A program made the position numbers and the translations under genes. 64,000 bases of DNA from Narcine bancroftii (taxonomy: Eukaryota): the NCBI RefSeq assembly GCF_036971445.1, contig NC_091473.1:206584001-206648000 (forward strand), read 5' to 3'. The stretch's first letter is position 1; every line of letters starts with the position of its first letter. The notes beneath the pieces were generated by a model. The model made no database searches and was not told where the DNA came from. It worked only from the letters and a program-made list of their open reading frames with translations. Below are positions 27,395 to 40,741 of the stretch, one piece after another.

Positions 27395-30300
27395 ATCAAA
27401 TTAGTTCTAACGTGCAGAGCTCCAACAGCAGGCGCCCATTGTCGTTCCACTTGCCGACACCATGCTTGCCCAGGATTTCTGGCCAGGTTTCTGAGTCTTT
27501 GTGGACGCGAGCATTGAAATTGCCAAGGATGACAACCTTGTCAGCTGGAGGGGTGTGTTGAATGAGGTTGCACAGATCAGTGTAGAACTTGTCCTTTTAT
27601 GCTTGTTCCGCCCGGAGGGTTGAAGCATAGACACTGATGAGGGTGATGCGATGCTTGTTTTGAAGGGGGAGTCGCATGGACATGATCTGGTCCGAGTGGC
27701 CTGTCGGGAGGTTTTCGAGTTTGGAGGCAATGGAGTACTTGACGATGAAGCCTACAGCAGATAGGCGTCGTTCATCCAGAGGCTTTCCAGACCAGTAGCA
27801 CAGCGGCTTGTCATTACCAACACCCTTTTTCAGCAGAGGGACAGCCTGAAGACGACCTGGATGCATCCCCGATCCAAACACTGGCACCTCCTGGACTACG
27901 TCCTGGTGCGAAAAAGAGACAAACGAGATGTGCTCCACACCAGGGTCATGCCCAGCGTGGAATGCCACACTGCCAACCGGCTGATTCGCTGCAAGCTCAA
28001 CCTTCACTTCAAGCCAAAGCCCAGGAGCAGTAAAGCCCCCAGAAAGAGGTTCAATGCTGGAAACCTGCAGTCAGATGAAGTGAGAGGAAACTTCCAGGCA
28101 AAGCTCCAGGATACAATGTGCCTCACGGACTCGTCCCCTGAAACCCTCTGGGAACAGCTGAAGACTACCATACTGCAATCCACTGAAGAGGTACTGGGTT
28201 TCTCCTCCAGGAAAAACAAGGACTGGTTCGACGAAAACAGCCAAGAAATCCAGGAGCTGCTGGCAAAGAAGCGAGCTGCCCACCAGGCTCACCTTACAAA
28301 GCCATCCTGGCCAGAGAAGAAGCAAGCCTTCCATCGCGCATGCAGCCATCTTCAGCGCAAACTCCGGGAGATCCAAAATGAATGGTGGACTAGCCTCGCC
28401 AAACGAACCCAGCTCAGCGCGGACATTGGCGAATTCAGGGGTATTTACGAACTCTAAAGGCTGTGTACGGCCCCTCATCCCAAGTCCAAAGCCCGCTGCG
28501 CAGCTCAGACGGCAAAGTCCGCCTCAGCGACAAGATCTCCATCCTCAACCGATGGTCAGAACACTTCCAATCTCTTTTCAGTGCCAAACGCTAAGTCCAA
28601 GATTCCGCCCTGATCCAGCTCCCTCAACAGCCCCTAAGGCTAGAGCTGGATGATGTCCTCACCCGTGAAGAGACATATAAGGCTAATGAACAACTGAAAA
28701 GTGGCAAAGCAGCAGGTATGGATGGAATCCCCATCACCCCCCCCACCCCCCCAGAGGTCTGGAAGGCTGGCGGCAAAACTCTGCATGCCAAACTGCATGA
28801 GTTTTTCAAGCTTTGCTGGGACCAAGGAAAACTGCCTCAGGACTTTCGTGATGCCATCATCATCACCCTGTACAAAAACAAAGGTGAGAAATCAGACTGC
28901 TCAAACTACAGGGGAATCCTGTAGTTGCTCTCCATTGCAGGCAAAACCTTCGCTACGATTCTCCTAAGTAGAATAATAGCTAGTGTCGCCGAGAATGTTC
29001 TCCCAGAATCACAGTGCGACTTTTGCGCAAACAGAGGAACTACTTACATGGTCTTTGCCCTCAGACAGCTCCAAGAAAAGTGCAGAAAACAAAAAAAAGG
29101 ACTCTACATCACCTTTGTTGACCTCACCAAAGCCTTTGACACCGTGAGCAGGAAAGGGCTTTGGCAAATACTAGAGCACCTCGGATGCTCCCCAAAGTTA
29201 CTCAGCATGGTTATCCAACTGCACGAAAACCAACAAGGTCCGGTCAGATACAGGAATAAGCTCTCTGAACCCTTCTCCATAAACAATGTCATGAAGCAAG
29301 GCTGCAATCTCGCACCAACCCTCTTTTCAATCTTCTTCAGCATGATGCTGAACCAAGCCATGAACAACCTCAACAATGAAGACGCTGTTTACATCCGGTA
29401 CCCTTCAATCTCTTCAATCTGAGGCGCCTGAAAGCTCACACCAAGACACAAGAGCAACTTGTCCGTGAAATACTCTTTGCAGATAATGCTGCTTTAATTG
29501 CCCATTCATAGCCTGATCTTCAGCGCTTGACCCTGTTTTGTGGAAACTGCCAAAATGTTTGGCCTGGAAGTCAGCCTGAAGAAAACTGAGGTCCTCCATC
29601 TGCCAGCTCCCCACCATGACTACCAGCCCCCCCACATCTCCATCGGGCACACAAAACTCAAAACGGTCAACCAGTTTACCTATCTCGGCTGCACCATTTC
29701 ATCAGATGCAAGGATCGACAATGAGATAGACAACAGACTCGCCAAGGCAAATTGCGCCTTTGGAAGACTACACAAAAGAGTCTGGAAAAACAACCAACTG
29801 AAAAACCTCACAAAGATAAGCGTATGCAGAGCTGTTGTCATACCCACACTCCTGTTCGGCTCCGAATCATGGGTCCTTTAGCGGCATCACCTACGGCTCC
29901 TAGAACGCTTCCACCAGCGTTGTCTCCGCTCCATCCTCAACATTAATTGGAGCGTCTTCATCCCTAACATCGAAGTATTCGAGATGGAAGAGGCCGACAG
30001 CATCGAATCCACGCTGTTGAAGATCAAACTGCACTGGGTAAGTCACGTCTCCAGAATGGAGAAGCATCGCCCCCCCAAGATCGTGTTATATGGTGAGCTC
30101 TCCACTGGACATCGTGTCAGAGCTGCACCAAAGAAGAGGTACAAGGACTGCCTAAAGAAATCTTTTGGTGCCTGCCACATTGACCACCGCCAGTGGGCTG
30201 ATATCACCTCAAACCATGCATCTTGGCACCTCACAGTTCGGCGGGCAGCAACCTCCTTTGAAGAAGACCACAGAGCCCACCTCACTGACAAAATACAAAG

Positions 30301-33300
30301 GAGGAAAAACCCAACACCGAACCCCAACCAACCAATTTTCCCCTGCAACTGCTGCAACCATGTCTGCCTGTCCCGCATCGGACTTTTCAGCCACAAACGA
30401 GCCTGCAGCTGACGTGAACATTTACCCCTCCATAAATCTTCATCTGCGAAGCCAAGCCAAGCCAAAGAAGAGTTCTAACATAATACAACTTTGAAATTTT
30501 ACATGCCGTCTTCTTCATTTTGAAGAAATATCAGATTTCCAAGTTACAGCAATACATTTCCTTGCTATTACCAAACCTAATTTGACAAATTTCAATTGCA
30601 AAAATAGTATAAAGATAGTTTAGGAGTTATATTCTCAAAATTTCCTATCAACAATAATAGAGATTCCAACCAAAAATAAAACAGTCATTCTGTGTAAAAA
30701 CTTACTATTCGAAATCCAAAAATGTTTCACCTTTGAACAACACCATGTAGAATACATAAAAGTTCAAAATGCTTCCCACATCTAAAACATTGATCAGATG
30801 CATCCGATGTCCATCTATTCGATTTCTCAGGTGTAATATATAATTGATGTAAAGTTTTATAGTGAATGAATTGATATCTTGCATGAATTATGTTCCACAT
30901 AACTTATTACATAGATCTTGCTAAACCTGTTGATCTATCGATATACTTAAATCTTGTTCTTATATTTCCTTTAACTTAAACAACCCTAATTTAGGTGTTT
31001 TTTCTTGTAACATTCAAAATACTATTGAAATATTTTAGCCAATCCATCAACTATTAACTCTTCTAAATGTTTAAGATGTTTTAGAATAATTTCAGATTCT
31101 AAATTCTCTCTTAATAAGCTCTTATTTGAAAATAATAAAGAAGTGTATTCTGAGGAACATCTTACATAATTTTTAATTCATCAAATGAATAAGTATACCT
31201 TTATCCTAACAAACTCCTAATTTAGAAAGATATTTCTTATTCTAAATGTTCAACAAAGGGTTATCTTTTGAAAAAAAAATGATGTTTTAACGACTAAAAG
31301 CTTTCTATCAAATTCTAATTTAATTTTATTCCATATATTAATAATATATTTCAATATTTGAATGTCGCTATCAGTTGTCATCAAACTTGGTTCCCATTTA
31401 TTAATAACTTCTTCGGGCATAGTTTTCCAATCTTCTTTAATTTAGTTTAAACCCATGATTACTTAGTTTTCCTAAATCAAGAAACACGAATTTTTAATGG
31501 TGCTCCTTTAATTTTAATTTTATTCCTAAAATTTGGATGTTTAATGCTCCTAATTCGTATTTCCAAGTTTATGTTTTAAAGATTTTCTTGCCAATTTAAC
31601 TTTCCAAGGGAAGTCACCACTTGTTTATATAAATCTGAAAAAATTCAGGTATGGAAATACATATAATTTAATTCTCGCAAAAATAGATATTTTAATAACA
31701 TTGACCTTTCAATTTAAGTAACAAGTGAATGTACCCAATTTAAAAAAAATCTTCGTTTATTTTAACAAATTACTAAATATAATTTAATTTGTATAACATT
31801 TTTCAAATTATTATCATAATGTACACCTAAATATTGTATCTAATCTGTCCATTTAAATTTAATATATTTTCGTCATTGTAAGTGTCCCCCTGTATCAATT
31901 GCATTAGTTCACTTTTTCCCCAGTTTATTTTATATCCTGAAAATTTTCCATATTCTACCAATTGCTTATAAAGTCTAGATAATGATAATTGAGGTCGAGT
32001 TAAATACACTAATACACCATTTGCAATTAAACTAATCTTAAATTTGGCCCGATTTATCACAAACCCTTTAAACGGTTTGTCAGAATAAATCCTTGGTGCA
32101 AGAGGCTCTATAGCCAAAGCAAATAAAGCAAGTGATAAAGGACATCAGTGGCTATGCCAGCTGGCTAACTTAAATGATTGAGATTCCTGGCCATTGTTTA
32201 TTACTTTAGCCTTAGGATTTTTATGTAAAGCTTTAATTCAATTTATAGAATTCAATCCGAAAACAAATTTACACAAAACTTTAAATAAAAAAATAACATT
32301 ATAATCTGTTAAAAGCTTTTACTGCATCTGAACTCATTTTTCTTTTGTGCTCAACGAATTATACTTAATAAACTTCAGGTTTGTCTTTCTTTAAAAAAAC
32401 TGTTTCATGCATATTGATCAATTCAGGAAGATAATCATCAATTCTGTTTGCTAAACATATGCTCTAATTTTTAATCAACATTTAGCATCGATACAGATAT
32501 TTATGTAGCTGGGTTTAATAGATCTCTATCATTATTAGGGATAACCATAATAATCACCGTTAAAAAGATTTCTGGAATATTATGCAACTTTAAAATTTAT
32601 TTTGTCAGTGGCATAAATAAAGGAATAATTAAATTGTTAATTGTTTTTCATAAAATTCAACAGGATATCCATCCTCTCCTAGAGATTTACTTTGTAGTAA
32701 ACAATTAGGTGCATTATAGGCTTCTTGTTCAGTAAAATAAAACTATCTACATCATTTTGCCTGTCTCAGTCAACATTAGTAATATAATTTGTGACAAATA
32801 ATCATCTATAAATACATCATCATGCCACAGTCAGATGTACAATTTTTCGAAAAAACATCCTTAAACGTTTCAGTTATATCTTGTTATTTAATGTCACTTC
32901 CTTTATTCTGTTCTATTGCATAGATTGTTCTGCAAGTCCGTTATGCTTTTAATTGCCAAGCTAAAACATTGCGAGATCCTTATCTTAATCCACAATATTT
33001 TTTTACACCATAATATAATTGTCCCTGTTATTTTGGATTATAATTTCTTATTAGTTAAACTTCTAAATTTATTCTCTGAATGTGTTTTGAATGTCTTTTT
33101 AAAGCACTTTTTTATATTTCTAATTTATATATCTTTCATATATTCCTTTCTCAGTTTTGAAGTATAGTTTATACTTTGTCGTCGTAATTAAGCTATTAAC
33201 GATTCACAAATAATAAACTTATCTTCTGTTGAATGTAAATTTGTATCACAAAGCAGTTCTATATGTTGTCGCATAAAGGAACAAAAATATTCTCTTTTCA

Positions 33301-35780
33301 ATAATAAGTAGTTTAATCTCTTTCTATATGCGGTAAGTTGTTTTTAAACAAATTCCACTTCAATCAATAATGGCGAATTATCAGATAATATTCCTGTTTT
33401 GTAATGAATATTCGAAGCTCATAATTGATTTTGCGCCTAGAACAAAAAAACAAGTCAACTGTAGAATCTGTATCAAATCGATAGGAACAAAACGAAAAAC
33501 ATCTGTCATTGGGATGTATCCTTCTGCATATATGGATTAAGTTAAAATCCTTCATTAAATATAACAATGTTTGAGCTGCTTTAGATTTAACTGCTGTTTT
33601 CAATTTTTTTTCCAATAGAATCCAATTAATATATTTTTGTGAACGTCTGCTAAATTCAAAAAGATGTCTTGAATAAATTTCTCATTATCTATATTTGTTG
33701 CATATATATTTAACAGAGTGCATTACTCTAAATCTATTAGACAATGTTCCATTATATATCTATCAACCAGATCTGTGATCACATTTGGAATTTTAACTGT
33801 CAGATTTTTCTTATATAAAGTTGCCACTCCTTTAGGTTTAGAATGAAATGAAGAGAAAAGTACTTGATGCATCCATCCATCTTAATTTTAATTTTTTTTT
33901 CAGTTAAATTATTCTCTTCAAAAATGCGATATCAACTCCCAATTTCTTAATATAAGACAAAATTTTATTTTTATTCACGTTAATCTTATTAACATTAAAA
34001 CATAATCTTAACAGCTTTATTCCTTTTCCTCGTATATAAATTTTAAAAACTTACTTTCAATCACTCCGAGGAACAAATTCCACAAATAGATTTGGTCCTG
34101 AATGTTGTCGTCTGCATTAGAAAAATATCAAAATTATTCAGAATAAATAAAAATAAGTAAGAAAAAAAGAAAAGAAAATCATTCCGCAAGTGTGAGAAAA
34201 ACTAGCACTACCACCTTCCATTTTAAAGGTCATGGACAAGCCATGATAACATGTGGAGCCGTCAGAAACCAGTCAAAGACACCCACCGACCAAAAGAGAA
34301 AGAAAAACCTTTTTTTAAATCTTTCCAACAATTTCATCTAATAAAATGATTATTCATCCCTCAAAATGAAGGTAATAAAAGAGAAAATGGTGATAACATC
34401 CACTCTCTTTATACATCGGATGCATTGCAACAAATCAGTGCCCTCTGTTACTTGAAATTTAGGCAGTTTCTCAGCATACACTTCAGCTTGTAATTATTTT
34501 GTAAAAAAACACATTCTGTTGATCTGCTACAAATATATTCAAAGATGCTGGATAAAGACAATCTATCACCTTTATTATATTGAACTCTCTTAACCAGATT
34601 AAATCCTCTCCTTGTCTTCAATGAATTTTGACTCAAATCTGGATAAATGAAATCTTATACCCTTTGTAACTCAAAAGTCCGTGTACATTAGCTTTTCTCA
34701 TTCCAGACCAAGAAGCTTTCTCCCTGTTCTGTTTGTTTAAAAGTCTAACCAGGATAGTCTATGTCTTTGGGTTGGACATGGTTTCCGCTTCCAAGCTCGA
34801 TGACTTCGCTCAGTTAAAATATTATCCTCGAAATGTTCTTCTCCATATAATTCTGTATAATTTCTTGAAAAGAAAATGAATCACATCTTGTCCTTCAGAC
34901 GGTTCCACAATGTTCACATTATTTCTTCTACTCTAGTTTTCCAGTATATCAATTTCATTCGTTTTTAATTCATAGAGGTCAAATTAGTAATCGTATCTTC
35001 ATTCACATTAGACCTCTGATCAATATGGTGTACTTCTTCGTGAACATCTTGAAATTTATTTTCAATTTATCCACACTCTATGAAACATTACTTATCACCT
35101 TTGTCAAATCTGTTTTAACTTGTTTCCGTTCTGTAGTGAACAGTTTATAATTATTCTGCAAAGCTTCAGAAAGTTTAATTTTTACCAATTTTTTTATTTA
35201 AAATCTTATTCATCCATCTAAGTCGTTTCTATTCTGAACTTCACATTTCGCCTTAACTGTCGTACTCTTATCGAGCCTTCTCCACTGGCAAGTTGTCACC
35301 TTCTTCTTGCTCAGAATTCGAAAGCTGGACTGCCCTTTTAAGAGACTCTGTGTCTTTTTGAATTTTTTTTCCTTCTGAGGCGTCCGTTCTCGACTTCTCG
35401 TACAGGCACAATACAGTTTTATCTTTTTTCTCCTGCGCTAACTTAACGGGGTGCCAGAAAGAAGGCTCGGGAGGAAGGTCCCTCAGGGGAGTCTTCGCTG
35501 GTTTATCCAGACGAGATTTCTGCAGCTTGCTTCATTGACAAGGTAGGACCGATTTCTCTGTACATTTTTTCCGATTTTTTGAAGGTGTTGCTTTTAGTTT
35601 CTTTTTTGGCGATATTATCTTTTCTTCTGTTAATCACTTTAATCTATGTTTGAAGTAGTTTGTATTAAGTTAATATTTCGTAATATGGGTTTTCAAGTAA
35701 ACCCGCGGTAGCTAATAGGTGCGTGATGGTTTTTAAGAATCCCGTGACGTCCTGTCCACCACCACCACCACTCCACCCCC
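27395..35780 (-). mobile_element. Near full-length degraded L1/Tx1 LINE (cassette copy 2), interrupted near its 3' end by the RTE at 27412-30470
   Basis: LSLALFALAIEPLA, YGKFSGYKINWGKSE, RRIHPNDRCFSF and ORF1 LENxSRRNNVNIV motifs. Colinear with 36850-45238. Confidence 0.9.
27412..30470 (+). mobile_element. RTE LINE with inverted 5' segment (27412-27798 minus; 27800-30470 plus) and 9-bp TSD AGTTCTAAC
   Basis: TSD at 27403-27411 and 30471-30479. APE motifs YWSGKP..TLISVYA..ELC on the minus strand; QRLVITNT, TWMHPRSKHWHLLDY and RT motifs on the plus strand. Stops and frameshifts present. Confidence 0.93.
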
Positions 35781-35787
35781 GACGCCA

Positions 35788-36845
35788 AAGCATTGGACTT
35801 TATGACGTAGAACGATGACACTAATATTGCATTCGGTGGCGCCAACTCGGATTTAAAATATTTATTAAGGTTATTCTTAGGTTCAATAAATAAGAATAAC
35901 CAATGAATATGAAGAACACAAGATGTCAGACGACCTTAAAAGAGGGCGAACACAAGCATTCAGTCAACAAATATTGTGGACATCGAATATGTACCGGTGT
36001 GCAGGATTGGAGGATACATTAATGCAAGGTTTAAAAGCGTGCAACTGTTTTCAGACTAATATTATTGGATCTTAATTCTAACTCGATGAACATACTGAAA
36101 ATTCCAGCCATTTGGCTAATATCCATATAAGGTGTAACGTGAAAAAGAAGCCTTGCATAATTTATCTAAATTGTTGACATACGTTCGAATTGAATTGCAA
36201 TATCTCAGGACAAATTTTACACTATTTCAATTTCTGAATTCACCTAAAGTATCCAGGCAAAAGGCCTGGGTCACTTTGAGGAAAAACTCGGGAGCTAATG
36301 AAGTAAAATCATATTTTGTCAAAACTCACCACTCTGTCAAAACCCAGTGCATGGGAATATCAAACTGTTTAATGGCAGGCAAAACTCCTCATATCGACTC
36401 CTCATTTAATACTTAACCGTATGCCGCATATGTGGTGGTAATGAATTTAAAACTTTGAGTAAAACCGTCTATAGTATTTTCAAAACTTAGTTTTACCAAC
36501 TTCAGTTGCATAAATGTTCCCCCTGTGTGATTGTGTGGTTTCCTGCCATCTTGATAACTCTTCCCTAATGTTCATTTTCCCTTGTCCCTGATCTGTTTAG
36601 GTTCAGCCATGATTTATTTGTCCATCGGTGGAGAATGACATTCCAGTGCCTGTATTTAGATTCATAACCTCTTCTCTCTTTTGATATTTTTCTCCAAAAT
36701 CTGAATGTTTAAGGCAGATTGCTTCCATTCCTTCCTCGAACAAAAATAATGAATATTAACACTCGCCTCTGTGTCTGCAATCTCATTAATGTTCCAGAAT
36801 TTCTATCACTAATGTGTCACGAGCAACTGCTGAGTTTGAAGCGAG
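35788..36845 (+). repeat. Segment X, copy 2 (joined directly to the next L1)
   Basis: Homology to the other X copies ends at ...gagcaactgctgagtttgaagcgaga. Confidence 0.85.
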
Positions 36846-37236
36846 ATCTTTGATTCTCTGTACGCCATCTTCCTCATATTAATGAAACATCTGATTCCCA
36901 AATAAAGGGCATACATTTCCTTGCAGTTACCAAAACAAATTTGACAATTTTCAATTGAAGATCTGATAATGATAGTTTAGGAGATATATTCTCACAATTT
37001 CCCACTAACAGCAATACAGATTTTAATTGAACCCAACACGCATACTTTGTTGTAAGAACATACTGCTCGAAATCCAAAAATACTTTATCTTTGAACAAGA
37101 CTATGCAGAATGAACTAAAGTTCCAACATCCTTTCCAAATCTAAAACATTGATCGGATGTATACAATTCCTATTTATTCAATTTTGAGGTGTAATATATA
37201 ATTGATGTAAAAGGTTATAATGAAGTAATCTATATC

Positions 37237-37305
37237 TAACTTTAATCATATTGGACATAACTTTAATCATATTGGACATAACTTTAATCATATTGGACAT
37301 AACTT
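37237..37305. repeat. Tandem repeat, 3 x 21 bp (taactttaatcatattggaca)
   Basis: Three perfect units, giving VMSNMIK x3 in the dead L1 ORF2 frame. Single unit in the paralog near 30880-30905. Confidence 0.95.
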
Positions 37306-39644
37306 CTTTACATAAATCTTGCCAAACCTGTTGATCTATTGATATACTTAGATCTTGTTCCCATCTTTCATATGTCTTAAAAAAACATAATTTAGGTGAT
37401 TTTTCTTGTAACATCAAATATACTCATGAAATATGTTTAGCCATTCTATCAACTATTAACTCTTCTAAATATGTAAGATAATTTAGATCATATCATATCC
37501 TAATTTCTCTTATAAATAAGATTTTAATTGAAAATAACAAAAAAATTCCATTGCAAGGAATATCATGATTAATTTTTAGTTGATCAAATTGAATAAGCCT
37601 ACCATTATCGTAACGATCAATTGATTTAGAAATTCGTCTATAATTCCAAATATTCAAAAAAGGATTATCTTTTCAAAAAAATTGAAGGAGGGTTAATGAA
37701 TGGCGTTTTAAACGATAAAAGATTTCCATCAAATTATAATTTAATTCTATTCTATATATTAAGCAAATGTTTCTAATTAGTACATCTCTATCTGTTGTCA
37801 TAAATTTTCGGTTCCCATTCATAAATAATTTCTTCAGGTATAATTTCTAAACTCTTATTCAATTCAGTTTCAACCTATGAAGACTTACATTCCCCAAATA
37901 AAGAAATAATACATTTTAATTGTGCTGATTCATAACAATTCCTAAAATTAGGAAGTTGTAATGCTCCTAATTCGTATTTCAGTTTTGATTTTTTTTCCAC
38001 AAGAGTTTCTTGTCATTTCGCATTTCCAAGGAAAGTTCCCAACTTGTTTATTTAAACCCTAAAAGAAAAGCTTGATGCACGGAAATTGGTAAAATCTGTA
38101 ATAAATTTTGAATTCTCGTAAAAATATAAATTTTAATACAATTGATTCTTCCAATTTAAGTAATAGGAAAATGTACCTAAATTTTTAAAATTCACCTATT
38201 TTCTTAAATAATAAAATATAATTTTATTTGTATAACGTTATTCAAATTTTAATCACTACCTATACCTAAATATTTAATCTTACCTGTCCATTTAATTAAA
38301 TACATTTTCGACATTGTGAATATCCCCTTGCATCAATTCCATTAGTTCACTTTTGTCCCAATTTATGTTATATCCTGAAACTTTTCCATATCTACCAATT
38401 GCTTATCAAGTCTAAGTAATGATCATTGAAATCTAAATAAATACAGTAATACATGACCTGCAAATGAACTAATCTTGTTACAAATCATTTAACTTTTGAT
38501 CAGAATAAATCCTTTGTGCAAGAGGCTCCATAGCCAAAGCAAACAAGGTGTGGGATAAAGGAAATCCTTGTCTACTCGATATGTTTAAATTAAACGATTG
38601 AGATACCTGTCCATTACTTATTACATTAGCCTTAGGATTTTAATATAAACAGTTTAATCCAATATATAAAACTCGATGCAAATACAAATATACTCAAAAC
38701 TTTAAATGAAAAAGGGGCATTATAATCTATCAAAAGCTTTTTATGCATTTAAGTCCGTATTGTTTAGTGCACATTGCATTATAATTAATAAGATTAGTAC
38801 ATTTTCCAAAGTTTGTCTATTTTTAACAAAATCTATTTGACCCATATTTATCAATTCAGGAAGATGTTCATTATTTCTGTTTGCTAATACGTTGCCTATA
38901 ATTTTGATATCAACATTTATCAACGATATAGATATTCATGAAGCTGGTTTTAATGGATCTCTGTATTTTTTAGGGATAACCATCATTATCACTGTTGAAA
39001 TGTTTTCTGGAATATTAGCCGATTTAAAAGTATGTTCTACATTTGCAAATATAAAGGAATCGGTAAATCTTTAATTATTTTTAATAAAATTCAAAAGGAT
39101 ACCCATCTTCTCCTGGAGATTTATTATTTTGTAAACAATTAAAGTGCAGTATAAATTCCTTGTTCAGTAAATAAAAAACAATTTAAATCATTTTACCAAT
39201 CTTAGTCAACGTTCATAATATAATCTGTGACAAATAATCAACTATAAATACATCATAATGCAACGATCCAGATGTATACACGTTTTCAGAAAATTTCTTA
39301 TAAATTTCATTTATCTCTTGTGGTTTAAATGTCACTTCTTTTATTCTGTTGTATAGATTTGATTGTTTTAAAATATATTTCTGCCATTAATTGCCAAGCT
39401 GAAACTTTATGAAATCGTTATCCTAATTCGTAATATTTCTGTTTAGACCATAATATCATTATCTCTGTTTTATGTGTAATCTTCGTATTATATTATAATT
39501 TATTATTAGTTAAAAGTCTAAATTTGTTGTCTGAATGTAATTTTTGTATTTCGTTTTCCAACAAAGTGTTTTCATTTCTAATTTATCTACATATTGCACA
39601 TATTCCTTTTTCAGTTTTGAAGTATAGCTTATAATGTGTCCTCG

Positions 39645-40593
39645 TGTTATGAGTCCAGAGAACCCAAATCCCAGCAGCAATAGATATTCACCATGACAAG
39701 GGATTACTTAAACAAAAGATGTTTTTAATTATCTTTGAACATGAAAGTAGAATCAAACTTTAACTTATCTCTATTGACTCATTTAATCTACTTATCGTCC
39801 TTCTAANNNNNNNNNNNNNNNNNNNNNNNNNNNNNNNNNNNNNNNNNNNNNNNNNNNNNNNNNNNNNNNNNNNNNNNNNNNNNNNNNNNNNNNNNNNNNN
39901 NNNNNNNNNNNNNNNNNNNNNNNNNNNNNNNNNNNNNNGGTTCACAGACCAATCTCACTGGTTGCAGGCAACATTTGAACTGTGCAAAGATGTTAACATT
40001 AATTAAGTTCACAGGGCTTTGGTGCTTAACAGGTAAATGTTTACCACTCAGAACGGTTCATGTTGGTTTTCAGAGAGAAGGTTTCTTATCCCCAACTGAT
40101 TCCTTTTTTAATCAGCCTATTCGGTGTATTGCTGACGACATTTGCCCTCTTCAGGGTTATCCAGATGACAACCTCTTTCTTTCAGGTCACCACAGAGATA
40201 CTTTCTGTTTCCCCTATTACAAGCAAAACACCGGATAGCCATTTGACCAGGCTTGCTTCCAAAGCTTGCAAGCTTGTCCCCAAGAAACAGATGTCTATAT
40301 CTCCTCTTTCTCTCTCACCCCATCCAACTCTGGGAGCAAAGCCTGTTTTTTTCTGCTCTCTCCCTGAAATTAACACATGACCTTCCAGAACAGAAAATTC
40401 TGTTTTCCAGACAGATCTGTTACTGAATATTGATACATTTGTTGCCTTTTGAAAATAACACTCCATTATTGAAGCCTCTGCCCAGTCTTGCAAATGATCC
40501 TGCATACATTCTGTTTTAAAGTGCTTGTGTATGGCTTGCTTTAACAAACCATTCCCAATTCATCTCCTAAATACCTCTATATACCCTGTCCCA
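39645..40593. mobile_element. Solo LTR (TG...CA, 4-bp TSD CTCG); contains a gap
   Basis: ctcg|tgttatgagtccagag...ccctgtccca|ctcg. Empty site (gtcgtcgtaattaagc) in the paralogous L1 at about 33180. Confidence 0.88.
39807..39938. other. Assembly gap (N run)
   Basis: Run of n. Confidence 1.
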
Positions 40594-40741
40594 CTCGTAA
40601 GTAAGCTATTAACACATCCCAAATAATAAAATTATCTTCTGTTGAATGTAACTTTGTATCAAAAAACCGTTCTATATGTTGTCGTATAAAAGAACACGAA
40701 ATTTCGCTTTTCAATAATAGTTTAATGACCATCTATATCAT

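Noticed and set aside
37237-37305. Short direct-repeat array as CRISPR-like or functional repeat
   Set aside because: Head-to-tail units without spacers inside a dead eukaryotic LINE; simple slippage.
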